DNA of 64,000 nucleotides from Candidatus Latescibacterota bacterium (GTDB lineage Bacteria; Latescibacterota; UBA2968; UBA8231), in contig CBDETY010000003.1 of assembly GCA_965243025.1 (NCBI GenBank), positions 3,264,001 to 3,328,000 on the forward strand, read 5' to 3'. Positions 18,520 to 28,993 of this stretch are shown here, one piece after another. The notes under the pieces were generated by a model. The model did not search any database, was not told the origin of the DNA, and saw only the letters and a program-made list of their open reading frames with translations. Numbering within the stretch: position 1 is the first letter of the stretch; each line of letters starts with the position of its first letter. A program made the translations under genes and the position numbers.

Positions 18520-20295
18520 TCAATTTTCCGAGTTGCCAAAGCTGTCCGCAAACAGAAAGAAATCACCGAAGTCCACAGTTCCGCTGCCGTCGAGGTCGTA
18601 ACGGCCTTCGTCGCTCCCGAAGGCGTCGACAAACAGAAAGAAATCGGAAAAACCCACTTCGCCGTCCCTGTTGAAGTCGGCGGCCAGGCCGGTGCCGGTT
18701 CCAGAGCTTTCCGTAAACACAGGTACTTCTACAACAAGATCATCAAAGAAGTACCCGTCGAGCATGCGCGACCTTACGGTCAACAGAAGCCTGGTGTCTT
18801 CTTCGATGCCGACGCTGCGGTTGAAGGTGATTCCTACTGTCGCCTCGGTAGGACTGACTCTTTCAATGGCATCGGGATCGAGTGCCACTCCATTGATGCC
18901 GGTTATATACAGAATGTCCTTGAGATCCATGTCCGGGATTCTTCGACTGAACCTGCCTCCCTTCACCGTCAAGGTCAGTACGGCCCCGTCCAGGGTCTCC
19001 TCCGTCAAGGGGGCCGGCGTTGAAACAGAGACCCTTACAAGGTCGATGTCCACATACATATCCGGGTTGGCATCCACCAGGGCATAGAGAGGTGATTTGT
19101 CCTCGATGGGGTTCCCCCACAGGTGCAGGTAAGCCAGTTGCACGAGATCCCGCAAGGGAGACACGTCGCTGATTTGATTCGACGTCAGGTACAGGTAGGT
19201 CAGCTCGGAATCAGCGAACTGTGCCAGAGGCTCGATATCGACTATCCGGTTGTCTGACAGATTCAGGTCCTTGAGGGAAGACTGACCCAGAGATCCCAGG
19301 GGGTTGATGTCGACGATTTGATTCTGAGAAAGGTCGAGTTCGGTCACTTCCGAGCCGGCAAGGTTTGTCAGCAGTCCTATGTCCCGTATCCGGTTATTGC
19401 TGAGATCGAACTTTTCGGAAAGCTGGGTCCACGTCCATCGGAAAAGGGGGGACAGATCGCGAATCTGATTGCTTTCTGCTGAAAATTCCGTCAGGGTGAG
19501 TCGGGAAACGGGAGTCAGATTCTGAATCTGATTGCCTCCGAGGTACAGCTTTGAAAGTCTGGTGAGACCGCTCAATACACCAATGTCCCGGATCCGGTTC
19601 CCCTGCAGGTTCAATTCGGTCAACTCCAGGTCGGCCAGGGCGGATATGTCCTCTATCTCATGTCCTCCGAGGTACAACCTTTCCAGGTTGATTGCATGTT
19701 CCAGTCCCGTCAGGTCAGCGACCTTTTCATCAGGGGCAAGTACGTCATCCCAATGGATATCGTCATAGTAGTCCTTCATAAAAAACAGCCCGGTCAAATT
19801 CAGCAATTCCGATTCGGGGATTTTCCTGACTTCGATGTGCGGGCCAACCGCGTCTATGTTGAGAGAAATCCGGGTTGCCCATGCCAGGAACATGTCGGAG
19901 AATTCAATCCGGGGGAGAGGTTGAACCAGGGTCGTCCCCGGTACGGACGCGGACCAGGGGTCAGGGTCTTCGGGATCGATGCCGCATTCACTCAGGTTGG
20001 TATTGCGGTAGCGCACAATGTATGCGGTTCCCGGCTCAAGGTCCTGGAAAAAAACAAGGATTGTTCTGTCCCCTCGCGGCGTCCTTCCGTGGTCGACGAG
20101 GTGGCAGGTAGTCCCCCACTCCTCTTCAAGTTCTTCACGTATCTGAACCTGGTATGCGTTTACCTCACCAAAAAAGAAGTGATCCGTGAAAGTCAGTTTC
20201 AAGGAGGTATTCGTTTCACCGGGAACCAGGGTCTGACCGTAAACCGGGACTACTCCCAGGAGCGCCATAATTATCCACACGGGTTTCCGTTTCAT
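18520..20295 (-). CDS. Secreted internalin-like leucine-rich repeat protein with FN3-like N-terminal domain and C-terminal EF-hand/dockerin-like pair
   Basis: Signal peptide MKRKPVWIIMALLGVVPVYG; LxxLxLxxNxIxDI repeats; ADFNRDGEVGFSDF and DLDGSGTVDFGDF. Confidence 0.85.
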   Translation of the reverse strand: MKRKPVWIIMALLGVVPVYGQTLVPGETNTSLKLTFTDHFFFGEVNAYQVQIREELEEEWGTTCHLVDHGRTPRGDRTILVFFQDLEPGTAYIVRYRNTNLSECGIDPEDPDPWSASVPGTTLVQPLPRIEFSDMFLAWATRISLNIDAVGPHIEVRKIPESELLNLTGLFFMKDYYDDIHWDDVLAPDEKVADLTGLEHAINLERLYLGGHEIEDISALADLELTELNLQGNRIRDIGVLSGLTRLSKLYLGGNQIQNLTPVSRLTLTEFSAESNQIRDLSPLFRWTWTQLSEKFDLSNNRIRDIGLLTNLAGSEVTELDLSQNQIVDINPLGSLGQSSLKDLNLSDNRIVDIEPLAQFADSELTYLYLTSNQISDVSPLRDLVQLAYLHLWGNPIEDKSPLYALVDANPDMYVDIDLVRVSVSTPAPLTEETLDGAVLTLTVKGGRFSRRIPDMDLKDILYITGINGVALDPDAIERVSPTEATVGITFNRSVGIEEDTRLLLTVRSRMLDGYFFDDLVVEVPVFTESSGTGTGLAADFNRDGEVGFSDFFLFVDAFGSDEGRYDLDGSGTVDFGDFFLFADSFGNSEN

Positions 20296-20395
20296 AAACA
20301 CCCCTTTCAAAGGAGCCGCAGCCATGTCAGAAGTAAATCTGCCCAGGTGAGTTATATCCCAATCGAGGCGTCTCAATTCATCCCCTTCCGGCCCT

Positions 20396-20638
20396 TCACA
20401 GACGCCCCCGAAATTCCATCCTGCGATTCAAGGTGTCTCCATCCAATTGATACAGAAAGAGAGCGGGCTCAGGCGGTGGAGCGTCCCCGCGAAACTCGGC
20501 AATCAGCTCCGCAATGGTCTCATCGTCCGGAACTTCGAGCCCGGCTCCTCGAATTGCTTGCGTATGAATGCTTCCACCGTCATTCCATCGATAAGAATGT
20601 CCCACTCTCCCTCAGGAACAAGGGACAGGGTGTTTCAT
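20396..20638 (-). pseudogene. Degenerate paralog fragment of the 20867-21385 gene
   Basis: AGLEVPDDETIAELIAEFRGDAPPPEPALFLYQLDGDTL aligns with AGLEAPSDSVVTEIASEFLGDPLPDYGPVTFGYLLEGDLL. Confidence 0.6.
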
Positions 20639-20866
20639 TGTTCGGCGGCTTGACTCGCGCCTGACGAGGTAACTGTCTCCTGGTTTCTTCAAGGCCATTG
20701 AGATCCTTTCGGTTAGACTGGCGATTTTGAGCTGGTGATGCCGATCCAGATCTGGTACGCCCGGATCGGATGATGTAAAGAGGGCCGCAACCTGTCCGCG
20801 AGAGGAGGGTCCGGAAGCTGCTGAGACCTCCGGATCCAGGTACAGACAAGCCACGGCCCGCAACGT

Positions 20867-21385
20867 CTATCGCCTTCTCTTGATCCTTCCCCAACTCATT
20901 GATTCCACTGTGGTTGCTTCGGGAACACGGCTCAGGAGGATCTCCCCTGTATCGGTTGACAACGTCAGGAGGTCTCCCTCCAGGAGATACCCGAAGGTCA
21001 CCGGCCCGTAGTCCGGAAGGGGGTCCCCGAGAAACTCACTGGCGATTTCCGTCACAACGGAGTCGCTGGGAGCCTCCAGACCGGCATCCTCGAACTGACG
21101 GCGTACGAAGGTCTCCGCGTCAACGCCGTCTACCAGGATCTCCGGGGGGCCGTCCGGGACAATGGACAGGCTGTCCTCTGTTGCCGTGTAACTGCCCCTC
21201 ACAATGGTTTCAAGGGTGACTTCCAGGACATCCGCGGATATCTCGACAAGGATGGTCATGGTGAAAGCGTCGTCGGTGAAAGCGAAGCGGTACTGTTCTC
21301 CCTCGGGGAAGGTGCCTTGCCATTCTCCCGGGAGCTGTGCCGTTGCCGTCGATGCAAGGAAGAGAAGAGGAAACAGATATTTCAT
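20867..21385 (-). CDS. Acidic hypothetical secreted protein with C-terminal SWG-x-I-K tail
   Basis: AAGGAG RBS; signal MKYLFPLLFLASTATA; ends EATTVESMSWGRIKRRR. Confidence 0.75.
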   Translation of the reverse strand: MKYLFPLLFLASTATAQLPGEWQGTFPEGEQYRFAFTDDAFTMTILVEISADVLEVTLETIVRGSYTATEDSLSIVPDGPPEILVDGVDAETFVRRQFEDAGLEAPSDSVVTEIASEFLGDPLPDYGPVTFGYLLEGDLLTLSTDTGEILLSRVPEATTVESMSWGRIKRRR

Positions 21386-21438
21386 TTTTCTCCTTTCGGT
21401 TTCTCTGACCGCCTGCGACCCGAAAAACCGGGCCGTAC

Positions 21439-21591
21439 AAATATAACCTCCCATGAGTGATAAACTGGTGTAAATAGGGGTTTATTTAGTGGTATCTTTA
21501 TGGAATTTGGTGGAAAATAGACACATTTCTGCCGATTCCGCTTGAAATCATGCCCCGACCAGGAGAGGAGAGAATGAAAACGGGCTGCGGG
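21439..21591 (+). repeat. About 150-bp diverged direct repeat, copy 1 (upstream region + RBS + ATG; copy 2 at 22707-22860)
   Basis: Shared blocks tgagtga.aaac.ggtg.aaata.ggg, agtggtatctttatggaa, tgaaatc, gaccagga, ggag..aatgaaa..gctgcgg. Confidence 0.75.
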
Positions 21592-21730
21592 GCAGTGTTC
21601 GGGGCGGCTTGTTTTCGATTACGGCACGAAGCTCGCCTTGATGCGCGCCCATGAGGCGGGCTTGACCGCACTGTCGCCGCTGTCGATGCCACCGGCCGGA
21701 AGCAGGATCCCATCCATCAGGAGGTCGCCT

Positions 21731-22437
21731 TCACTGACTGCAAAATCGTATGCAGTCATCCCGAAGTAGTCGCCGAGCACGTAAGGCTTGCCCGCAAAAT
21801 TGCTGCTCGCCCCATGAGTACCCGGCTGTTCTGATCGCGAACTTGGTCAAAGAAGCCACGCCGTGCCGGTCGAGCTTGTCCATGATGCGCTGCCGGTACG
21901 TGTGGACGGTGTTCTCGCCCAGGTTCGGTTGCCGGGCAATTTGCGCTGTCGTCAGGTCCTCGCTGATGAGCCGCAGCACCTCGCGCTCCCGCTCGCTCAG
22001 CTCCGGATGGGGGGCAAACCTCTGCATCTGGTCGTACACGGCCCCGGCCAACTCCGGGCTCAGGTAGGTGCGGCCGGCCAGGGCCGCCCGCACCGCCCGC
22101 AGCACCTCGACCGGGGCCGCCCCTTTCACCACGTACCCCGAGGCCCCCGCCTCCAGCATGCCGGCGACGTACTGCGGGTCGTCGTGCACCGACAGGGCCA
22201 CCACCTTCACCTCCGGGGCCCGGACGAGGACCTGCGCGTCGCTTCGACTCCGCTCAGGTCGGGCAGGGATACGTCCATGACCACCACGTGCGGCCGGCAG
22301 GACGCGGCCAGCTCCACCGCGGTGCGCGCGTCCCCGGCTTCGGCCACCACCTCGAACTCCTCGTCCTGCGCGAACAGGGCGCGCAGGCCGTCGAGCACCA
22401 GCTCGTGATCGTCCACCAGCAAAACGCGGATCGCCAT
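21731..22437 (-). pseudogene. NarL/LuxR-type response regulator, frameshifted near 22235
   Basis: MAIRVLLVDDHELVLDG...VVMDVSLP in one frame continues as QVLVRAPEVKVVALS...GASGYVVK...LSEREREVL...NTVHTYRQRIMDKL in another. Confidence 0.8.
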
Positions 22438-22439
22438 CG

Positions 22440-22691
22440 GGAGTTCTCCTTTCGCTCCAGCGCCGGGGAAGGGACCGCCAGGCTCGGTTGCCTCTCGTCG
22501 CGGCGCAGGGACCCTGCCGCCGCGTCCGCGCCGACATGCCGGGCGACGTTGAGCAACAGCTCGCGAAGGCAGCGGAACAACGCAGCGCGCAGACCCTCGC
22601 CGGCCACCTCGCAGTTCCCCTCGCTTTGCAGGCTGACCCGCAGCCCGTGCTCCTTCTCGGGGTGCCCGGCGAGCGAGCGCAGGCCGGCCAC
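22440..22691 (-). pseudogene. Remnant of a NarX/DesK-type histidine kinase ATPase region
   Basis: ALFRCLRELLLNVARH N-box; no G boxes and no N-terminus. Confidence 0.6.
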
Positions 22692-22706
22692 CAGTCCGAC
22701 CTCAGT

Positions 22707-22860
22707 AAAAATAACTCCCCCTGAGTGACAAACCGGTGGAAATAAGGGCTATTCCAGTGGTATCTTTATGGAAAATGGTGAAAAATGGACATTTCAGCCG
22801 ATTTCGGCATGAAATCGAGCCTGGGACCAGGAAGGAGGAGAAGATGAAAGCCGCTGCGGA
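22707..22860 (+). repeat. About 150-bp diverged direct repeat, copy 2 (upstream region of the hybrid kinase gene)
   Basis: Aligns with 21439-21591. Confidence 0.75.
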
Positions 22861-25234
22861 GATGGAACGAGACAACGAGGCCCTGCGGGAGCGCCTGACC
22901 CGGTTGAGCCAGGCCAGCCTGCGCATCAACGAGAGCCTCGATTTCAACACCGTGCTGCAGGGAGTCCTGGACTCGGCCCGGTCGTTGACGGGAGCCCGCT
23001 ACGGGGTGATGACCGTCCTCGACGATTCGGGGTTTCCCGGGGACTTCCTCTCCTCGGGGATGACGGCCGAAGAGGACCGGCGGCTCTGGGACCTGCCCGA
23101 TGGGGTGCGGGTCTACGACTACCTCGGCAACTTTTCCTCCCCCCTTCGGCTCCCCGACCTGCTCGGCCATCTTCGGTCGCAGGGCCTGCCGGAGCTGCAG
23201 CAGGCCCTGCCGGTGGGTCCGGTCCTCTCCTTTCTGGCAGCGCCGGTGTTCCACCGGAACGAGCGGGCAGGAAACTTCTACCTGGCCGGCAAGGAGACCG
23301 GGGAGGAGTTCACCCGGGAAGACGAGGAGACCCTGGTCCTGTTCGCCTCCCAGGCCGCCCTGGTGATCGCCAACGCCCGCAAGTACCGGGACGAGCAGCG
23401 GGCCCGGGCCGACCTGGAGACCCTGATCCACACTTCCCCGGTAGGGGTGGTGGTCTTCGACGCGCAGACGGGTGCGACGAAATCCGTAAACCGGGAGGCG
23501 AAGAGGATCGTCGATATCCTGCGGAAGGCGGACCAGTCACCGGAGGATCTGCTCCGGATCCTTACCTTCCGGCGCGGCGACGGGAGGGAGGTCTCCCTGC
23601 GGGATTTCCCCGTGACCCAGGCGTTGAGCACCGGGGAGACGGTGCGCGCCGAGGAGATCGTCATGCAGGTGCCCGGCGGAGAGTCGGTCACCACCCTGGT
23701 CAATGCCACCCCCATCCCCTCGGAGGAAGGCGAAGTCGTCTCCTATGTGGTGACCCTGCAGGATCTGACCCCGCTGGAGGAGCAGGAGCGGCTGCGGGCC
23801 GAGTTCCTCGCCATGGTCAGCCACGAGCTGCGCGTTCCCCTGACCTCCATCAAGGGTTCGGCGGCCACCGTGCTGGACGACCCGTCCGTGCTGAACGCCG
23901 CCGGGATGGTCCTTCAGTTCTTCCGCATCATCAATCAGCAGGCCGACCACATGAGCGGGCTGATAAACGACCTGCTGGACGTTGCCCGCATGGAGACCGG
24001 CACCTTGCTGGTCAACCCCGAACCGACGTCCGTGGCCGGCCTGGTGGACCAGGCCCGCACCAGCTTCCTGAGCAGCGGGGGAGCCGACAACCTGCGGATC
24101 GAACTGCCCCCCGATCTTCCCCCCGTGATGGCGGACCGGCTGCGCATCCTCCAGATCCTGGGCAACCTGCTGTCCAACGCCGCCCGCCACGCCCCCGGGA
24201 CAACACCCATCCGGGTATCGGCGGTGCGGGAGGAGGTCCACGTGGCGGTCACGGTTTCCGACCGGGGCCGGGGAGTGCCTGCCGAGCAGCTGCCTCACCT
24301 GTTCCGGAAGTTCCCCCGCCTCGAGCCACCCGACCGGGAGGAGGGGAATTGGGGGGCTGGCCTGGGGCTGGCCATCTGCCGGGGCATCGTGGAAGCCCAC
24401 GGAGGCCGCATCCGGGCGGAAAGCGGCGGCGTGGGCCGGGGAACCCGCATCACCTTCACCCTCCCCATCGCCGAGGAGACCGGAATGGCGGTTTCGGCGG
24501 AACCGGTTCCGACCTCCCGCCGACAGCGGAAGCGCGGAGGGAAGGGGCCCCGGATTCTGGTGGTGGACGACGATCCGGAGACCCTGCGCACGGTGCGCGA
24601 CGCCCTCTTCAAAGCCGGCTGCCTGTCCATCGCAACCGGCGACCCGAAGGAGGTGTCCGGCCTCATGGAGGAGCACCGCCCCCACCTGGTGCTTCTCGAC
24701 CTCGTGCTGCCGGGGGTCGACGGCATCGAGCTGATGCAGAAGCTCTTCGAAAAAGCCCGGGTGCCGGTCATCTTCCTTTCCGCCTACGGCCAGGAAGAAG
24801 TGATTGCCCGGGCCCTGGACGCAGGGGCAGCCGACTACGTGGTCAAGTCCTTTTCGCCGACCGAACTGACCGCGAGAATCCGGGCCGTCCTGCGCCGACG
24901 GGCCGCAACCGGCCGGCCCGAACCAACCGAACCTTGTGTGCTCGGGGAGTTGACCGTCGACTACGCCCGGCGGAGGGTGACGGTGGCCGCACGCCGGGTG
25001 CCGTTGACCGACACCGAGTACCGGCTGCTGGTGGAGCTCTCCATCGATCCGGGAACGCCGGTGACCTACGACGAGCTGCTGCACCGCATCTGGGGCCTGG
25101 AGGCCTCCTCCGACCGGCGGACCTTGCGCTCGACCGTCAAGAGCATCCGCCGCAAGCTGGGAGACGAAGCCAGGAACCCCACCTACATCTTCAACGAGTC
25201 CAAGGTCGGTTATCGCCTGGGGATGGCCGAGTAA
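22844..25234 (+). CDS. Cytoplasmic hybrid sensor: GAF-PAS-HisKA-HATPase-receiver-OmpR-type winged helix
   Basis: AGGAGG RBS; VSHELRVPL H-box, NLLSNAARH, DRGRG, GAGLGLAI, ILVVDDD/LLDLVLPG receiver, LTDTEYRLL...SIRRKLGD...IFNESKVGY DNA-binding domain. Confidence 0.9.
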   Translation: MKAAAEMERDNEALRERLTRLSQASLRINESLDFNTVLQGVLDSARSLTGARYGVMTVLDDSGFPGDFLSSGMTAEEDRRLWDLPDGVRVYDYLGNFSSPLRLPDLLGHLRSQGLPELQQALPVGPVLSFLAAPVFHRNERAGNFYLAGKETGEEFTREDEETLVLFASQAALVIANARKYRDEQRARADLETLIHTSPVGVVVFDAQTGATKSVNREAKRIVDILRKADQSPEDLLRILTFRRGDGREVSLRDFPVTQALSTGETVRAEEIVMQVPGGESVTTLVNATPIPSEEGEVVSYVVTLQDLTPLEEQERLRAEFLAMVSHELRVPLTSIKGSAATVLDDPSVLNAAGMVLQFFRIINQQADHMSGLINDLLDVARMETGTLLVNPEPTSVAGLVDQARTSFLSSGGADNLRIELPPDLPPVMADRLRILQILGNLLSNAARHAPGTTPIRVSAVREEVHVAVTVSDRGRGVPAEQLPHLFRKFPRLEPPDREEGNWGAGLGLAICRGIVEAHGGRIRAESGGVGRGTRITFTLPIAEETGMAVSAEPVPTSRRQRKRGGKGPRILVVDDDPETLRTVRDALFKAGCLSIATGDPKEVSGLMEEHRPHLVLLDLVLPGVDGIELMQKLFEKARVPVIFLSAYGQEEVIARALDAGAADYVVKSFSPTELTARIRAVLRRRAATGRPEPTEPCVLGELTVDYARRRVTVAARRVPLTDTEYRLLVELSIDPGTPVTYDELLHRIWGLEASSDRRTLRSTVKSIRRKLGDEARNPTYIFNESKVGYRLGMAE

Positions 25235-25380
25235 GGGGGCTGAGGACCGGCACCCGGAAAGGATTCGAGAGCAGAATGGGGAATGCAGAACCGCCAGGAC
25301 TCCCGCTCGACCGGTCGCTGGTGCGCCGCCGCGGGTGGCGGCCGTATCTTTCCGGTCCACCCTGCAACGAACCGGGACGG

Positions 25381-26505
25381 ATGACCACAGAGGAACAGAG
25401 CAGCCCGGCCGGGACCGCCCCCGAGGCGCTCCTGCGGCCCGAGGTCCTGGCCGCCTTCGACCGCGGCTTCTTCGAACGCGAGGGGTACTGGGTCTGGGAC
25501 GGAGTCCTCACGGACGAGGGCCGCCGCCGCTGGACGGCCACCCTGCAGCGGCTCCAGGGACTGAACGACTCCTTCCTCCAGCGCACCGACTGGGGCGCCC
25601 TCGACTACGCCGGCATGGGCCTGACGGCTCCCGATCCGGAGGTCCATGCTCCCGGGTTCCTGGCCTCCTGCTGCGGCGGCTCCGAGCAGATGCGGGTCAT
25701 CCAGATGACCCCGGGCCTGCGCGACTACATGAAGGACCACGGCCTCTTCGGTCCCGGGATCGTCCCCGCGGCGGACGGCCGCGGGTGGGAGGGGGTGATG
25801 CCCGAGTACTTCTCCCCGGCCTACGACGGCTTCATCCTCGACGTCGCCACCACCCACCCGCAGATGATGGAGCTCTTCGGCCGGCTCCTCGGGCCGCGGT
25901 TCCTGCTGGACCACATCCTGATGCTCAACCGCCCGCCGGGGTCGACCGGCCGGCGCTGGCACGCCCACGGCTACCGCCAGGGCCAGCACGAGACCGAGGA
26001 TGTATACGGCCGCGACAACGACCGCCCGCCGAGCCGGGAGTACTTGCCCCACCAGTGCGTGCGCACCCTGTGCTATCCCGAAGGCATGGGCGTCGACGAC
26101 GGGGGCGGCGAGCTGGCGGTGGTCCCCGGGGCCCACCTCTACCGCAGCCCCTACCTGTGGAACACCCGGCGCAGCGAGTTCGACGAGGAGTTCCGGGCCG
26201 GCTGGATGCGGGGCCGGGTCCACGCCTTCACCGGGGAGCCCCTGCGCATCGAACCCCTCTCGCTGAACCCGGGCAGCATGGTCTCCTTCGTCCACCACAT
26301 GCCCCACCGCGTCGGCTTCCGCGACGACGATGCACCCACGCGCTGGGGGCTGCTGATGGCCTACCGCACGCCGGACCCGGACGAGGCCGAGCAGGCGCCC
26401 TGGAACGAGGGCGTCCCCGCCCACTGGGTGGCGCGCCAGGATGCCGCGGGCAGGATCACGCCATCGATGCGCCGGGTCTTCGAGGGAGACAACCCGCCGG
26501 CCTGA
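25381..26505 (+). CDS. PhyH-like Fe(II)/2OG dioxygenase-fold protein
   Basis: FFEREGYWVW, RWHAH, GGELAVVPGAH, PGSMVSFVHHMPH. Confidence 0.7.
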   Translation: MTTEEQSSPAGTAPEALLRPEVLAAFDRGFFEREGYWVWDGVLTDEGRRRWTATLQRLQGLNDSFLQRTDWGALDYAGMGLTAPDPEVHAPGFLASCCGGSEQMRVIQMTPGLRDYMKDHGLFGPGIVPAADGRGWEGVMPEYFSPAYDGFILDVATTHPQMMELFGRLLGPRFLLDHILMLNRPPGSTGRRWHAHGYRQGQHETEDVYGRDNDRPPSREYLPHQCVRTLCYPEGMGVDDGGGELAVVPGAHLYRSPYLWNTRRSEFDEEFRAGWMRGRVHAFTGEPLRIEPLSLNPGSMVSFVHHMPHRVGFRDDDAPTRWGLLMAYRTPDPDEAEQAPWNEGVPAHWVARQDAAGRITPSMRRVFEGDNPPA

Positions 26506-26566
26506 TCGGGGTCCGCGGCAAAACAGGGTGCCTGAAGGTGATTTCCTGAGAAAGGAGTAGTGGTTC

Positions 26567-28939
26567 ATGCGCAATCTGGTCTGTAAGTCGATTTCAGCGG
26601 CATTGCTGGCCCTCCATCCCCTGGGGGCCCAGGAAACCTCCCTGAGCGGTACGGTAACCGATGCGGAAAGCGGCACGCGGCTGCCAGGGGCCAACATCCG
26701 CCTCGTGGATACCTTGCTGGGGGCTTCCACGGACCTGGAAGGCCAGTTCGTGTTGCGGGGCGTGCCTGCGGGCACCCAACAGGTGGAAGTCAGCCTGATC
26801 GGTTATGCAACCCACATCGAAACCCTGCAGGTGGTGACTGGCGAGCAGGCGCACTTGACCGTCGCCCTGACCTCCAGTCCCGTGCACATGGGGGAAACAC
26901 TGATCCAGGCCGACCGGGCCTTCTCGGCGGCTTCCTCGCGGGCCGTGCGCCAGTTCGACCTGCAAACCCGGCCCACCCGCACCGCCCATCAGATGCTGCA
27001 ACTGGCACCCGGCCTCATCATCGCCCAGCACGCCGGCGGCGGCAAAGCGGAACAGATCTTCCTGCGCGGTTTCGACGCCGACCACGGCACCGATGTCGCC
27101 ATCTCGCTGGATGGGGTTCCGGTGAACATGGTCTCCCACGGCCATGGACAAGGCTACGCCGACCTGCACTTCCTGATTCCCGAAGTCGTCGAGGAACTGG
27201 AAGTCAAAAAAGGGCCGTACTTCGCCGAAGTCGGCAATCTGGGTACCGCCGGGGCCATCGCCTACCGCACCCGCAACCATCTCGACGGAAACGCCATTCA
27301 CTTCGAAGGGGGCGCTTTCAATTCGGCCGAGTACACCATGCTGTATCAGATTCCGCTGGCCGATACCGGGCAAAGCGCCTATTTCGCGGGCAAGTACTAC
27401 CAGACCGATGGCCCCCTCAACCGGCCCCAGGGCCTGCAGCGCTTCAATCTCTTCGGCAAGTACCACAACCATCTCTCCGACCGCTCCACCCTTACCCTGA
27501 CCACCAGCGGGTTCAGTTCGGCCTGGGACGCCTCCGGGCAGATTCCCCAACGGGCGGTGGAACAGGGCCTCATCGACCGCTGGGGCGCCATCGACGACCT
27601 GGAAGGCGGCACCACCGGCCGCCAGGACTTCCACGTCAATTTCCACGTCCAGGAGGCCGGCACCAGCGTCTTCGACCTGCAGGCGTACCTGGTCAGCTAC
27701 CAGTTCAAGCTGTTCTCCAACTTCACCTTCTTCCTCGAGGACCGGGAACGCGGCGACGCCATCGAACAGACCGATACCCGCCAGGTCTCCGGGATCAACA
27801 GCCGCTATTCCTTCTACCACCATTGGGGACCGTACCTCGCCCATACCGCGATAGGAGGCGGCTTGCGGGCGGACAATGCGGATGTGGGGTTGTGGAAAAG
27901 CCCGGATCGCCAGCGCCTGATGCCTCTGGTCGACGCCGATGTCATGGAGCGCAACCTGTTCCTGTGGGCGCAGGAGGAGCTCATCCTGACCCCGCGGCTG
28001 AAACTGGCACTGGGTCTGCGAGGCGACTATTTCACCTTCAACGTCGACGATCATCTCGAAGGGCGCCCCGGGGAGCTGCCCCATGCCTCCGGCGTTGCTC
28101 AAGCCTCTATCCTCAGCCCGAAAGCGACCCTGGTGTACAGCCCCGGCCGCGCCCTGGACCTGTTTGCCAATTTCGGCACCGGATTCCATTCCAACGACGC
28201 CCGCAACAACGTCATCGACGCCCGCGCCTCGCAGATTCGCCGGGTCATGCGGCGCAATGGGCGCAGCGAGGCCGACATTGCCCTCGAGTTGGCGGGACGG
28301 CACATCGATCCCGGCCACCTCGAAGAAGGGACGCTGCCTCGGGCGGTGGGGGCCGAAACCGGTCTGAGAACCCGGTTGTTCGACCGTTTGAACCTGGGGG
28401 CGGCTCTGTGGCGGCTGGACCTGGAGAGCGAGTTCGTCTTCGTCGGCGACGCCGGCACCACCGAAGCCAGCGGCAGAACCCGGCGGGAGGGGCTCGATCT
28501 GGAAGCCCGTCTCCAACTGCATCCCTGGCTGTGGGCCGATGTCGACCTCAATCTCGCCCGGGGTGAGGCCGTCGACGAACCGGACGGCGCCGATGAGATC
28601 CCACTGGCCCCTCGACGAACCTCTACGGGAGGCTTGACGTGGTTCCATCCCGATGGCCTGGAAGGCAGCCTGCGCTTCCGCCACGTCGGCGACCGGCCCG
28701 CCAACGAGGACGGCAGCATCACGGCCGAGGGCTATACCCTCCTCGATTTGATCGGAGTCTGCCGTCTGGGGGACTGGCGGTTGAACCTGGGTGTGGAGAA
28801 CGTGCTGAATTCGGCGTGGAACGAGGCGCAGTTCGACACGGAATCGCGACTGCGGGACGAAGAGGAACCTGTTTCGGAGATCCACTTCACCCCGGGGAAT
28901 CCCGCCAACCTGTTGCTGGGAGTCAGTTTTTCCTTCTGA
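26567..28939 (+). CDS. TonB-dependent receptor with N-terminal carboxypeptidase-regulatory-like domain
   Basis: Signal peptide; SGTVTDAESG..LPGANI; plug QHAGGGKAEQIFLRGFDADHGTD; C-terminal Phe (GVSFSF). Confidence 0.92.
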   Translation: MRNLVCKSISAALLALHPLGAQETSLSGTVTDAESGTRLPGANIRLVDTLLGASTDLEGQFVLRGVPAGTQQVEVSLIGYATHIETLQVVTGEQAHLTVALTSSPVHMGETLIQADRAFSAASSRAVRQFDLQTRPTRTAHQMLQLAPGLIIAQHAGGGKAEQIFLRGFDADHGTDVAISLDGVPVNMVSHGHGQGYADLHFLIPEVVEELEVKKGPYFAEVGNLGTAGAIAYRTRNHLDGNAIHFEGGAFNSAEYTMLYQIPLADTGQSAYFAGKYYQTDGPLNRPQGLQRFNLFGKYHNHLSDRSTLTLTTSGFSSAWDASGQIPQRAVEQGLIDRWGAIDDLEGGTTGRQDFHVNFHVQEAGTSVFDLQAYLVSYQFKLFSNFTFFLEDRERGDAIEQTDTRQVSGINSRYSFYHHWGPYLAHTAIGGGLRADNADVGLWKSPDRQRLMPLVDADVMERNLFLWAQEELILTPRLKLALGLRGDYFTFNVDDHLEGRPGELPHASGVAQASILSPKATLVYSPGRALDLFANFGTGFHSNDARNNVIDARASQIRRVMRRNGRSEADIALELAGRHIDPGHLEEGTLPRAVGAETGLRTRLFDRLNLGAALWRLDLESEFVFVGDAGTTEASGRTRREGLDLEARLQLHPWLWADVDLNLARGEAVDEPDGADEIPLAPRRTSTGGLTWFHPDGLEGSLRFRHVGDRPANEDGSITAEGYTLLDLIGVCRLGDWRLNLGVENVLNSAWNEAQFDTESRLRDEEEPVSEIHFTPGNPANLLLGVSFSF

Positions 28940-28993
28940 GCGGTTGTCGCCAGTAGCGGTCCCGGGCGCAGGACGGGTTCCCGCACCCGGCAA

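Noticed and set aside
24349-25380. Upstream extensions of ORFs 24349-26505, 50121-52187, 31251-32738 and 9765-11594
   Set aside because: The extensions overlap other genes; downstream starts with better context were used instead.
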